This document shows, piece after piece, positions 40,789 to 52,900 of a DNA stretch of 64,000 nucleotides. The DNA is from Tubulanus polymorphus (Eukaryota; Animalia; Nemertea). The notes under the pieces are model-generated. The model searched no databases. It saw nothing but the letters and a program-made list of their open reading frames with translations, and was not told where the DNA came from. The stretch is taken from NCBI RefSeq assembly GCF_964204645.1, contig NC_134034.1, positions 7,762,962 to 7,826,961 on the forward strand, in the 5' to 3' direction. The translations under genes were made by a program, and so were the position numbers. The first letter of the stretch is position 1; every line of letters begins with the position of its first letter.

Positions 40789-40936
40789 TGATGTCATATT
40801 TCCATAGATCTTTGAGTGGTTGGTTGCCATTTCGTCCACCATAAAGATAAATTTGCCCACGGTGTAAGCAGACTGCATGACGAAACCTTGAGCATGGTGG
40901 ACTATGATCATCTGCTGGTGTCACACATGACCACAT
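40789..40936 (-). CDS. Kelch-repeat protein (LZTR1/KLHDC-like beta-propeller), first coding exon
   Basis: MWSCVTPADDHSPPCSRFRHAVCLHRGQIYLYGGRNGNQPLKDLWKYDI, with GTAAGT donor at 40788. An upstream acceptor at 40957 implies a further non-coding exon. Confidence 0.88.
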
Positions 40937-41514
40937 AATTGTATCCTCTTCACATTCTATGAAATAAAACAAATGAATACCTTTATAAATTTGCAACTCG
41001 ATTCTGTCAGAACATTCAAAATAAGCCATCCGCCGTCGTATCCGACTGTTAGGAAGAATCCTCTGACAGCTATGCAATATTTTGTCTGATATCGATGATA
41101 GTGAAAGCTGTGAGCAGTGGTTATATTTAAATGAAAGGCTGAATCCAAGAACATGTCTATCGCTCTTTTGAGCCCAAACGTCTACTTTTACTTAGTAGCC
41201 ACTTGAGAACAATAAGCCATTAACGATATCGGCTACTTTTCCAGTCGTAGACATTTCAAAACAGTAACTCTGAAATAGCATTCCTTTCAATTCTGTTGGT
41301 TTTCTTTAGTGGCTGTTTCGAAGAGTCTACCATTGAAAGGTGACCATTTTAATAAAACACTTGGTTTCGATAGTGCACACTAGCAGTAGAGGTGACTGTA
41401 AAACCACCTGCCTGTAATTAAACAGTGACATAGTGATAGTGACTCCGACCATAACAGCTACTTTCATAACACATCGTTCCTAAAAGTCAACTATTGAAAA
41501 GTGACCATTTTCTT

Positions 41515-43320
41515 CAAGTATAGGTCTGCATATGTTTTTGATTTAAATTCTTAATAACTTTAGAGTGGAATAGTGGCTCCTGCAGTATTTTGTAAGTTTT
41601 TGCGAGTCCTATAACTCTTTCCACATGGATTCTTTTGGAGGCAATTCTGCGGTCACGTATAACTTCTTCAGGAGCTAGCTGGGTTTCCCTTGTAGAAACG
41701 TAGGGATATTACAGTGAACATCAATAGGAGCAAACAAATCTTGACAGTTTAACCCACCGTCGGCCATAAAACTATCGCCGGGCTGAAACATCTTTTCCTC
41801 CTTAGATACAAGAGAACGCTCTAAAATTTGTCTATCCCTGGTTGATCCTCCATAACAGGGGCTAACATATGAGAGAGTGCCACGCGGAGAAATACCAATC
41901 ATAGACTTCAATGTATTCTTGTTCTTATAGGTAGAGAATGTAGCAGACTGGGCCTTAACATTCATAGGCCTATGAATCGGAATTTCTGTCGCATCTAAAA
42001 TAACCCTTGTTGTAGGAAATCTTTTCCCAAAATTGACAGGCATATACAAATCTATTAGGTCTTTATCGGGCCAAGTATTTATTTCACTCAGCTGGAAATA
42101 TAAGAAATTAATCCAGACATTAACAACATTTGACACTAGACTTTCACTGATATTGAAGAACAAAGCCAGTTCATAGTCATCTTTTGCCTGACTCAATTTT
42201 ATACAAGTGAGAAAGAATTTATCTTCCGGTCCGAGTGGAGTGGACCTCTCCTGCAACTGGTAAGCTGCGGGACCGAGCAAGTTAAAGACATACATAAAAT
42301 GTTCGTAATCATCAAATCCTGTATAGTAATGGATGGCATCCATATTGTCTTTGAAATTATGAATAGAGAATCTTGTCTCGAATTTCTTCATTAAAGTACA
42401 CTGAATACTACAGTCCATAGTTGTAGGTTCGGAATCCGGTGGTACTTCAGGTGTAGGCTGAGTGGTGACGACAGTTTCTTCGTGTTGGATAACAGACAAG
42501 TCAGGGAATGTTACTTTTCTTCGTTTGGCTGCCCTCTCTTCTCTAGCAATTTTTTCGGCACTTTCTAAATTCTTTTTGAAGACAAATATAGATAGTACAG
42601 CATCAGGTTTTAGTATTTTCTTTGCTCCTGAAAATATAAATGAGAGTGCATCATAATGCGATATCAATAAACTAGGCCTACTGTGTAACTCAAGGTAGGT
42701 AGCCCATACTAACTTATTTTTACACTTACACATCATACTAACTTATTTTTTTCTCATAATGGCAAATTAATAAATTTCATTGGCAAAAAATTACTATAGG
42801 CTTATTTTTACAAATATCATAACAAAGACATAGACATTACATTCACAGCACTTAATGCAGGGAGTATTGGAAAATTGCTGCTCCCTTCTTACTTACTTGT
42901 CAAGATTAAGCTATAGGCCTATATATAGGGCTGTCTCAACCAGCGATAGATTCAAAACAAGCTTCAAATTGGTTACAGCACATTTATGGTTTATTTGATT
43001 CCCTAATTTTCATTTACAACACTCACCTAACAAGCCAGGTTCCCTGTAATCAGATGCGTTGAAATGGTTGAGACACACAACACTGTATTTACCAGGCTGC
43101 TAAGTTTTTTTATCTTTTCATCCAGTCTTTTGATTGCTATAAGCCACTTCATACACAATTGATGATCCGATGGGAATTTATGCCCTCTTTTGTGGTTATT
43201 ACAATTCGGTACAACACAATAAAACGGCATTATGTCAATAACATGAACCCGGAAGTAAAACGATGAATACTTCTGTCACCTCTCGTTACACGCGCGCCAT
43301 CTGGCATTCAACTATATGGC
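41515..43320 (-). mobile_element. ISL2EU/PIF-Harbinger-group DNA transposon: spliced THAP-HTH-DDE_Tnp_4 transposase, 3'-truncated
   Basis: THAP exon 43230-43027 (CVVPNC...HKFP...W), GTGAGT donor, acceptor at 42628. Exon 2 has ILDATE, FSTYK, YGGSTRD, MADGG; RIHVER follows a frameshift. Confidence 0.85.
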
Positions 43321-44510
43321 GAACCTCATTGGAAAAACTAATAATTATCTTAAAATTCAGCGATTCATTTATTCATCGATTCAACAAAGTTCAAACACTG
43401 TACATTTTGGCATATTATTTCATTGGCACCTTGAAATAAAACCTCATAGTATTGCGGTGCAAAGTTTATTACTATTTAGAGGTAATTACTTTTGGTTCGT
43501 GGTATTTTGGTGGTCGGTGCAGTTTGTTCATTCGTTCATCAATCTACTGACCGATAGCTGCTGCTGGGTTTTTTGATAACCTATCTAAACAGTTTACTCA
43601 AACAAAGTAGGAAAGTATGTGAAACTAAAATTACAGCCTATTGCATTTCTTACACATCTTAAGCCAATAGAAGTTTTCTCTATCATATGAAATTGCTGAT
43701 TTCAAAATTACATGAACATCTCAACACAGCACTTTTATACGCTAATCGTGTGACCTTTTATAATAAGTTGGTAATTTAATCGCAACCAAACTATATAACT
43801 ATGAAATAACATTTTGATTTGGGTATCACTTCTATCAAGCGATAAAAGGATCCAATATTCATTAACGAACAAGCACCACCTTGACGTGTGGCCTAGTTAA
43901 AGTTTTTCAGGAAACTGGCAAGTGTTCCAATTAGCTGCCACTCGTTCTTAGGGACTACCTTTAAGCTGGTAACATAGCACGCATATATTCAATGTACTAT
44001 TTCATTTTGAACTTATTTTGAGAGATGACGCTCTGGACGAAGTAATAATTTTAGAATTATTCTTGAAATCTAGGCTAAACACATATTTTCCGTGCACAAC
44101 GCAGATTTGAGATATTGTTTCCACGTAAGAAAAGGAAGCCTAATAAATTTGTTTTTTTTTTTGCCCAAAAACTTTGCCAAAAAATATTTCTACCTAGGCC
44201 TACCTACCGGCTCATCCTAAACTTGAGTCCGTGTTACGGCAAACAGACAATTATTTTGGGATGGCCTAAAGCTTATTTTCAAGTCAAATGTGCACACGCC
44301 AGCAAGCACTGATACAGTATCACTAGCTAAAATCTTGCCATGAACTGCAATAGCCTGCTGGTCCTTAAGTCCCAAGTGGGCTAAAAACATACCGCGATTT
44401 TACATGAATGCTCAATGCCAACTTCATATCACTGACAAAGGTAAACCAAAAAATCGGCAAATATATCAGCTATTGGCAAGTCTACAGTTGGTAGTCATCT
44501 TCAGAAATAC

Positions 44511-44557
44511 TTATTCCTGAAGATGACTATTAGGATATAGTCGAAATGTTGAAATAA
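44511..44557 (+). ncRNA. Type I hammerhead ribozyme motif (Penelope pLTR remnant)
   Basis: TTATTC-CTGAAGA-T-GACTAT(taggat)ATAGTC-GAAA-TG-TT-GAAATAA. Confidence 0.65.
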
Positions 44558-45899
44558 ACTACTATCTCGAAGTTACATTTTCAGACTTTTTCGTTATAAT
44601 TGTGGGATTCTCTCTACAACTTATGTCCTTAAAACTCACCACAATCATATGAGCTACAACTTTGAAATACTTCTATTCAGATGATTTCAATGTTTGCCGC
44701 CGCCGCTAGGTGTGCTAGTATTCAGTCAACTAGGCCAAAGGCGAAATGAGAAGAAAATCGTCCGAAATCGACAGTTTAAGTAAAATTTAACAAAATTAAC
44801 GAACTATAAACCATGAAGAGCCACTGGGCACTGAAGATTGAAGTATTTTATAATTTTCCAGTCTACTGTTATATGTTAGTTATACTCAAAAAATTACTTT
44901 AAATAAGATAAATCAGCAATACAACAAGACAATAATCGCTGTTACAGGCCATGTATGGCAGCACTATACGGTCATTATTATCAGATATTTTTGGAAACTA
45001 CCTACCATTATAATCTTGAAGATATAAAGGAGTTAACCATGTAAGTTATAACGATAAATGATACCAATAAAACGAGAAAATAACAGAATTATGACTGTTA
45101 AACTGTAGATGTTGAGATTCTATCACGAAGCTGGATTAGACTTCTCCGATAAAATCGTCAAAATGAGCTACGAAACCAATTCAAAATATAGTTCTGATCA
45201 TCTCAACAAAAAAAAAACACTTGGAACCTTCTAGAATTTGAGTCAGCAAGAGTAGGGGATGTTTAAATGTAGTTCTAGGATGAATACAAGTCACCCACAT
45301 TTCAATGCATTTTGCCTTTGAGGTAGGTGACCCAACACTAGCGCCGCTAAAGGCAGTGGCTAACATTACAATCATCTGAATAGAAGTATTGATTGTGGTA
45401 ATAAAATATGCTTAGGTATCAATTTAATGTGGAAAAACTTTTTCCCGCCTACGAATGAGTACTGATGACACCAAGATGGCCGCGTCAATTGCGTCATAAT
45501 TGGCTGATCAAAAATACCTGTCTCAGGTATAAAACATCTCATTCCAAAGAATACCCATCACAAATTGCAATGAGAAATGGCAAACCAGTAGGAAGCTACA
45601 GGACCTAGAATTCTGGCCAAAATTGACATTTTTGGGCACTAAAAAGGTCATAGGACGGCCATCTTGAGTCAGATCGACCCAATTTTTCTTATGCTGATGG
45701 GCTCTTGGTAGATTCAAATATAGACGAAAGATCAAGGTAATTGATTAAAAGCGTCTTCAAAATTTCCCTCGAAAACTTCGAAAATGTGTAAAAAGTGCTG
45801 ATTTCGACGAACAACAATGGCTGCCAGTCGGCCATCTTGAATCTGACTAAAGTCCCAAGTGGGCTAGAAATCTGGGCTAAAGAAACTGTTCAAATCGAA

Positions 45900-46560
45900 T
45901 TTCGTAATAGACCTTCAAAGCTCGTTTATAACCACTAAGCTTAAGAATTTCTACTCACTTAAATGTCCGACTCCTAAATCCTAGAAAGCTATGGTTGTCT
46001 GCAAATACACTTGTTTATGTGATATAAACACTGCCTATATGAGTTAAGGAGCATATTTAAGACTTCAGCAATTGGCCAACATCTGTCAAATTGCTCTGAC
46101 TAGCAGGTCTCGTTTAGTGAAAAAATTTCAAAATTCCAGATAAAGGATCTTCTGATTTAGATTCCAAAATTAGAGCAGCACTTTTCATCTAAACTCAACA
46201 GCCCTCCCTTAATCAACAACTATTCGAATATGGTCCGGATTCATTCTTAATGTTTTTAGATAATTAACTACTAGTCACATATTGTCACTCAGTAATTTAG
46301 ATTGTGTGTAATTAATTACCTTTGTACTATAATCATCTTGTCACTTTGAAATTGTTTGTAATTAGCTTCATCTTATTCTATATAAATACCAGTATGATAT
46401 TAAAATTTAATCACTTGCGCTATGCCTGAAGAGGGGATAATGTAACTCACGAAAACGTTCGCTACAATAAATAGGCCTACAATAAACTCATTAGAAAATC
46501 AGATTTGTACTGTTTTAGCTTCCATGGATTCTAAACATAGAGAATACTTTAGGGTCGAAA
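45900..46560 (+). mobile_element. Penelope-like 3' end: GIY-YIG C-terminus and pLTR with a hammerhead-like motif at 46421-46464
   Basis: VKEH...SAIGQHL...ALFI.TQQPSLNQQL fragments; CTGAAGA...GAAA-ACGT-TC, then AATAAA. Confidence 0.65.
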
Positions 46561-46660
46561 TTGTAGTTTTTGATATCCCTAAAGTGAAACTAAATTCAAT
46601 TCAAAACAAATCAATAAAGTCCTGGCTTCCAAGTATAAATCATCAAAAATATAACGTAAA

Positions 46661-47780
46661 AACTAGGGGTCCAGGGACACCATGCCCACTTGGGAAGTGG
46701 TTTCAAATGCTCAACAATCTAACAATTTCAACATTCAACGCCCCCTGGTGACCATTTACAAAAACCAATGACCTTGAAACTCACCACAATCATAGAACAT
46801 GTCAGCAGCTAGGATTTTGTAATTGATTGTGATAACAAAATATGCCTCGTTACCAATTTAATATGGAAATACTAAGTCATTCTACTATTCAACGCCCCCT
46901 GGTGACCATATTCAAAACCCAAAGACCTCGAAACTCACCACAATCATAGAACATGTCATGACCTACAACTTTTGCAATTGATCATGGTAACAAAATATGC
47001 CTAGGTACCAATATAATAAGGAAATACTAAGTTATTCTACTATTCAACGCCCCCTGGTGACCATATAGAAAAACTTATGTCCTTAAAACTCGCAAAAATC
47101 AAAGATGATGTCATGAGCTACAACTTTCCTATTGATTGTGGTTACAAAATATGCATAGGTACGAATATAATAAAGAAATGCTAAGATATTGTATCATTCA
47201 ACGCCCCCTGGTGGCCATATACGAAATCCAATTACCTTGAAACTCACCACAATCATAGAACACGTTATGAGCTACAACTTTCTAATTGATTGTGGTATCA
47301 AAATATGATTAGGTATCAATATAATGTGGAAAAAATTTTCCCACTTACGAATGAGTACTGGTGACACCAAGATGGCCGCCAATTGCGTCATAATTGGCTG
47401 ATGAAAAATACCTGTCTCAGGTATAAAACATCCCTTTCCAAAGAATACCCATCACAAATTGTAATGAGAAATGGCAGTAGGAAGCTACAGGACTCATCTT
47501 GAGTCCGACCGACCGACCCAATTTTTGTTATGTTGATGGGCCCTGGGGGGATTCACATATATCCGAAAGATCAAGGTAATTGATCAAAGCGTCTTCAAAA
47601 TTTCCCTCAAAAAGTTCAAAAATGTGTTGTAAAAAGTGCTGATTTTGGCGAACAACAATGGCTGCCAGTCGGCCATCTTGATTCTGACAGGGCCAGTTTT
47701 TGGGCTGAAGATGTGTCTAGGGTAGATACATGTGTAACCCAAATATCAAGACGTTACCTTGAAGCGTCATCAAAACTTTG
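46661..47780 (+). mobile_element. Second copy of the tandem-repeat Helentron-like element
   Basis: Colinear, high identity to 26768-27920. Confidence 0.75.
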
Positions 47781-48695
47781 TAATCAACGCACAACAGATT
47801 CGTCGTTTGTTTGATAACACCTCATGGAAAGCACGAAGCTTTGAAATACATGTTGGAAAACCATAAAAAATACAAACTGTCGTTTCGTCTTGGAAGTTTT
47901 ATATAAATCCTTGTAGGTCACCTTGTCTATCATGCCACATTTATGCAATACAGTAAAATGACAGCAAATGGCGGAATTTGTGGAGAATTTAATTAATTTC
48001 TGAAAATAATGTTGATTAATCGCTCAAAACATACATAGGCCTAAAATGGGATTATTATTCGAAAGGTACCTGTGCTGTGTTAGTTTGTGAATTAAGCCAT
48101 TAATTGTGGACTGAAGTGAATAGAAAGTATATTTTTGAAGTGTTACTTTTTCCAACCGTGTTTTGGCCCTTGTCATCCCTAACGTTGGAATAAGCCCATC
48201 CAATTAGGTATAAAAAGCTTACCAACGATTAGGTAACTAACTTATCCAGGACAAACTAACCCTTGGTCTTGGATAGTTGGTGACCCACTTTCCAATAATC
48301 AGAAAAGTCATCAAACCACTTAGGTCTAAGGCACAACACAGGGACTAATGTCTAAACAATATACACTCCATGATTTGAAAGTTTAACAATATGTCTCCAT
48401 GCCTACCAACTGAAGTTTAGTATGTAGGCATGGAAACATATTGTTGAACTTTGAAATCATGGAGTCACTTCTCTTCATTTAACCCCTTTCAGTGAAGACT
48501 TTTTGGATATCCTTCAATACAGTTTCAAATGGACTAAAAAATGATGATTTAGGTCGACTGCCTGTCCTTTCTGGTCCTATTAGACCTTTATTTCACTATA
48601 AGACCTTTATCAGGTAGGCCTATGTACTAATTACCAAAAAATGAGCGAGCTAGGCCACCCGGAATGCTCTCAAGGCAGGTTGAAATAGACATTAG

Positions 48696-48899
48696 GGTAA
48701 AAGTGCAGATCCGCACCTCTCCGTGTAAACGGTTCAATCAATTACATTAAATATCATTGTTTCAGATTCAAAATGTCATCAGCAATTCAGTACATTGCCA
48801 TTGGTTGATTTTAAATCTTCACTAGAAAGATTTTAAGCCTGGATTCTGCCATTCAGTAGATTGCGTCAATCACGAGAGGTGCGGATCTGCACTTTTACC
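48696..48899. mobile_element. Merlin-like MITE
   Basis: Perfect 8-bp TSD GACATTAG; TIR GGTAAAAGTGCAGATCCGCACCTCTC. Confidence 0.8.
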
Positions 48900-48949
48900 G
48901 ACATTAGGCTAGTCAGTAACCTGGACCTGATACAATGAATTAGTTTTTG

Positions 48950-49060
48950 CACTACCGGGATTTCCGTGATATTTTGAATTTATTCGCAGTTCATATTTAG
49001 CACCATTCTCGCGAGATTATCAACAACCCGGAAATAAAATCCAAGCCCATCGCCAAACCC
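48950..49060. promoter_or_regulatory. Candidate core promoter, possibly of the kelch gene
   Basis: TCTCGCGAGA palindrome at 49007-49016 and CCGGAA motifs, with TAGGCCTA-type motifs nearby; no transcript evidence. Confidence 0.3.
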
Positions 49061-49643
49061 CTGTGGGTATATCATCATACTTACTACGTAGCCTACTATT
49101 ATTTACCTACTAACAACTGGTAGGCCTACTACTATACTATGCTATCGTAGGCCTAGTTGTTAGTTGAAACTTGGTGCCTTAGCAAAGATATGATAGGCTA
49201 AGAGGATGAATTGAACAGTCTAGATGGCTGTCACAGAGATTATTCAGGTCCAATTGAATTCGCAATGGTTTACGATCTGTTGTTGTTGTTGTTGGTTAAT
49301 TTCGCAATTGTATGCAAAAATAGTGATGCACCCTCTAGTAGTGAGTTTGATAGGCCTATATCTTTCAGATGAGGGTTGCTCCGGGTATTTCCAAGACCGA
49401 ACATCCATATCAAAGTAAAATTCAAACTTTATTTGTAAAAGTGTGGACAATACCCGAGCAGTCACCTGATAAATAGAATAAAATGTACAAAAGAAAGGAT
49501 GGTGTATATAAAAATATTTGTACATAGAATAACAATGAAAGAGAAAAAATGTACACTATTGCAAGTAACCAAATTTCAAATTATTTACAGTACCGTATGG
49601 AGAACATTAATCATATGTCGAGAGAATTCATCCAAAAATGAAA

Positions 49644-49952
49644 CATTATGAGTTTTCCGGTTTGCTCGGCTTCCCGTACTGGCGGGGTAGTCTAGAGAGG
49701 CCAATGAAAACTCCAGCTTGCTGAACTACCCCTCTTTGCGGGGATGCGGTCGGCCTATGATGTTTGATCTGACAGTTTCAAGTGTAGCGGCACGGGGTCG
49801 ACAGTATATACGGCATTCATTATGAGTTTTCCGGTTTGCTCGGCTACCCGTACTGGCGGGGTAGTCTAGAGAGGCTAATGAAAACTCCGGTTTGCTGAAC
49901 CACCCCTCTTTGCGGGGATGCGGTATGATGTTTGATCTGACAGTTTCAAGTG
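49644..49952. repeat. Tandem duplication of a ~175-bp GC-rich structured unit
   Basis: Two copies (49644, 49818) with internal inverted pairs GAGTTTTC/GAAAACTC and GGGGTAG/CTACCCC. Confidence 0.75.
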
Positions 49953-52900
49953 GTTAATGGCTGTTTCAAGTGCTTACAACGATGCTTATTACTTCGTGGT
50001 ACATGGTGGTTTAAAAAAAGATTTCATAATAATACGCTCACCGCGTGGCTTCGTAGAAAGACCACTCACTACCTGTGGCCTTCCCAAATTTTAATTGTCC
50101 TGACCGATTTGGTTTCATCCAAATGAGAGACTGCCTTTTCCAGTTAGGGCGTTTTTGGATCACGTCACTCCAGGAAATGACTTAACGCTTTTGGGCCCCT
50201 TCGTCGGTTCCACAATTATTGAGATATCCCCGAGTCTGACCACTTGACTTCGAATTTCGGAAATTTATCATGTAATATTTGTTTTCAAACCTCTAAGGAA
50301 TCATCATTGCAAATTCATCACTGACCATCACTGACCACCAATGACCAATTCAAACTTCTCGAATATGAAAACGATATACCGCGTTATGGTGTCAAACTAG
50401 AAAATAATTCGCCATTGAAAATTCATAAATTGACCATCACTGACCACCACTGACCAATCGAAACTTCTTGAAAGAACGATATACCGGTACCGCTTTTGGT
50501 GTGAAACTAGAAAGGATTCGCCATTAAAATTCATAAATTGACCATCACTGACCACCAGTGAAACTTCTCAAATATCGTGGTCGAATTCGAAAGTGCTTGT
50601 CGTCGTATTGCTATTTCTAGAAACCAGCAGAAAGTTTTGCTACTGTTTTTGAATGGCGTTGACATGATGGAAATTTATTACCCATAAATGGGTTACACAT
50701 CTGGATCACAGCACCTCACTTGCCGCAGTGCGTTATTTTCACTGCATAGTAATGCTAATACATAAACTTTTTTACTACTTGACTCGAATCATCTGAACAG
50801 TACTGCGTTTGAAAACTCAACGAATAGAAAATGTTTGCGGGATGCGCCTACAAATAAGTTATAATAAGATTAATTAATCGATGCATGAAAAACAATTAAA
50901 TCACAAGGTGACTAACACCCGTCTTTCAACCAATCTGCGCGATACCAATTAATTAAATCATTAAACGCATTGGGTTCCTAATATTTGAAATCATGTGAAA
51001 CAATAGTTGTTCTTTAGACTTGGCCACTTTCATTTCAGAAAACCGCGTACTAGACCAGTGGTCACCGAGGCATTAACCATTCCTTCAAGTTTTGAAAATT
51101 CGATGGTAACGCGGATTCTTCGCCTCTAAAAACTGTTTCTTTATATTAAAAGTGTTCATAGGAATTGAAATTTGGAGCGATATCAGTCTGTAACCCTTTT
51201 TCATTGTCAGTTCTTTTTTGGAATTCAAGTAGATTAGTGAAAATATCAATGATGAAATTCACTTATTATATCAAGTACCGTTTTTACTGTCGCATGCGTG
51301 TCGAAACAAAAAGATCTATCCAACTGCATATGTTCGGGTATAACCTGTGATATCCTTCAGTATGTTATGAATATCTTTAAAAGTTTGTGTTCTAGTATAA
51401 TACCCGAAGGTTTAACTATCGGACACATAAAAGATTCGCCATAATCAAAGTTTTTAAGAAAATCTTTCTTCGAGAAAGAACGATCTTTAAAAGAACGATT
51501 GGCGTCAAACTAATCCATAATGGACTGTTGTGAATTTATTGAATAATCCACCTGAGAAATTTTAAGATTTCGAAGCGAAATTTATTCATACAAATAAAAA
51601 ATGCATAAATAACTTGACGTTATTTGCGGGTCTCATGAAACACTTTCGTACGCTCTTTTTAAATCTAAAATAGCATAAATACATGCGTGTTTCGTTATAA
51701 ACAAGGTTAAATTCCAAACGCACATGAAATATGGAGCCTGTATCTCACACGATATACACATCTTGAATTTTCTCTAACTACGTAGGTCCTTTCCAAATGG
51801 GAATTGTTCAGTTTTTTTAACGGCCGACATTCAGAGGCACCTAAAATACCGGTTGTATAGCACTTGAGATTTTCAGTGTAGGGCACATCTCACATCGACT
51901 CGGCTCGCGGTCGGTGGTTTAATGGGAACACATCTGGTTGTTACTAGTTTAACAGTTGACGAATTCAGAAAACTTTTTTCAAATGTCTTTGATAACTTTT
52001 TAAACATAGTATTCCTCTTAATTACATTTCGCTGATTCCATAGATATTTTTTCATGAAAATTGCTCCAGTTATAACGGATTTAAACATACATGTAAAATG
52101 ATTATTTTTAAAATATTCAATTTTCTCCGATTTTGAAGAAATTCTGACACAATATCATCTCCACTCGACACATGATTTTACTTCGGCGCCTTTGAAGGGA
52201 GTGTCACTTGTTGTTGAGTTCATATTTAGTCAATAAAGAAGATATGCCTGATTCCTTTTTAGAATTTAGATTTCGACGGATATCATCAAATTACTAGAAA
52301 GGGACAGCAGCTTTCGGTCATCCGCAAAAAAATACCTAAAATGCTCTCCTAGGGTTATGGAAAAAACATGTCACGAAACATACGGAAAATCCTTTGTTTG
52401 GTAGACTGAAATTATTGAACTCTTAAATAGCAACATTCAGAGAAACAAAAACATAAGAATATATTCTCGCCCACCCTTTAAAAAAACAACGTGATTTCAA
52501 TTGAAGATGACACGTAGCCTCATATCAAATGATATGAACGCAACAGAGCCTATTCATTCTCTTTACGAGGATGGGTCTCCACATTAATAGGATACGATAC
52601 GAGATTCGTGGGTACGAATGATGAATACAACTGATAAAGCGCCAATTTCACTGATTCTTGCACATAAAGGTGTTTTAGAGTAATCTAGTTAACAGGTGTG
52701 TTTTAGGAGTATTTTGAATTTAAACTCAAATCGGGGTTCATGACGAATATTGAGCATTCTAGGGCTGGAGCAAGAAACGTGTGGGATCGTCCGCCAATGG
52801 TATCACCAAAGAAATAATAAGGAGCCAGTCCGTGGTGGCTATTGAAAGCGACGACCGCATGTGAATGCATTGATTGAATGACATCTCAAAAGTCAGATTT

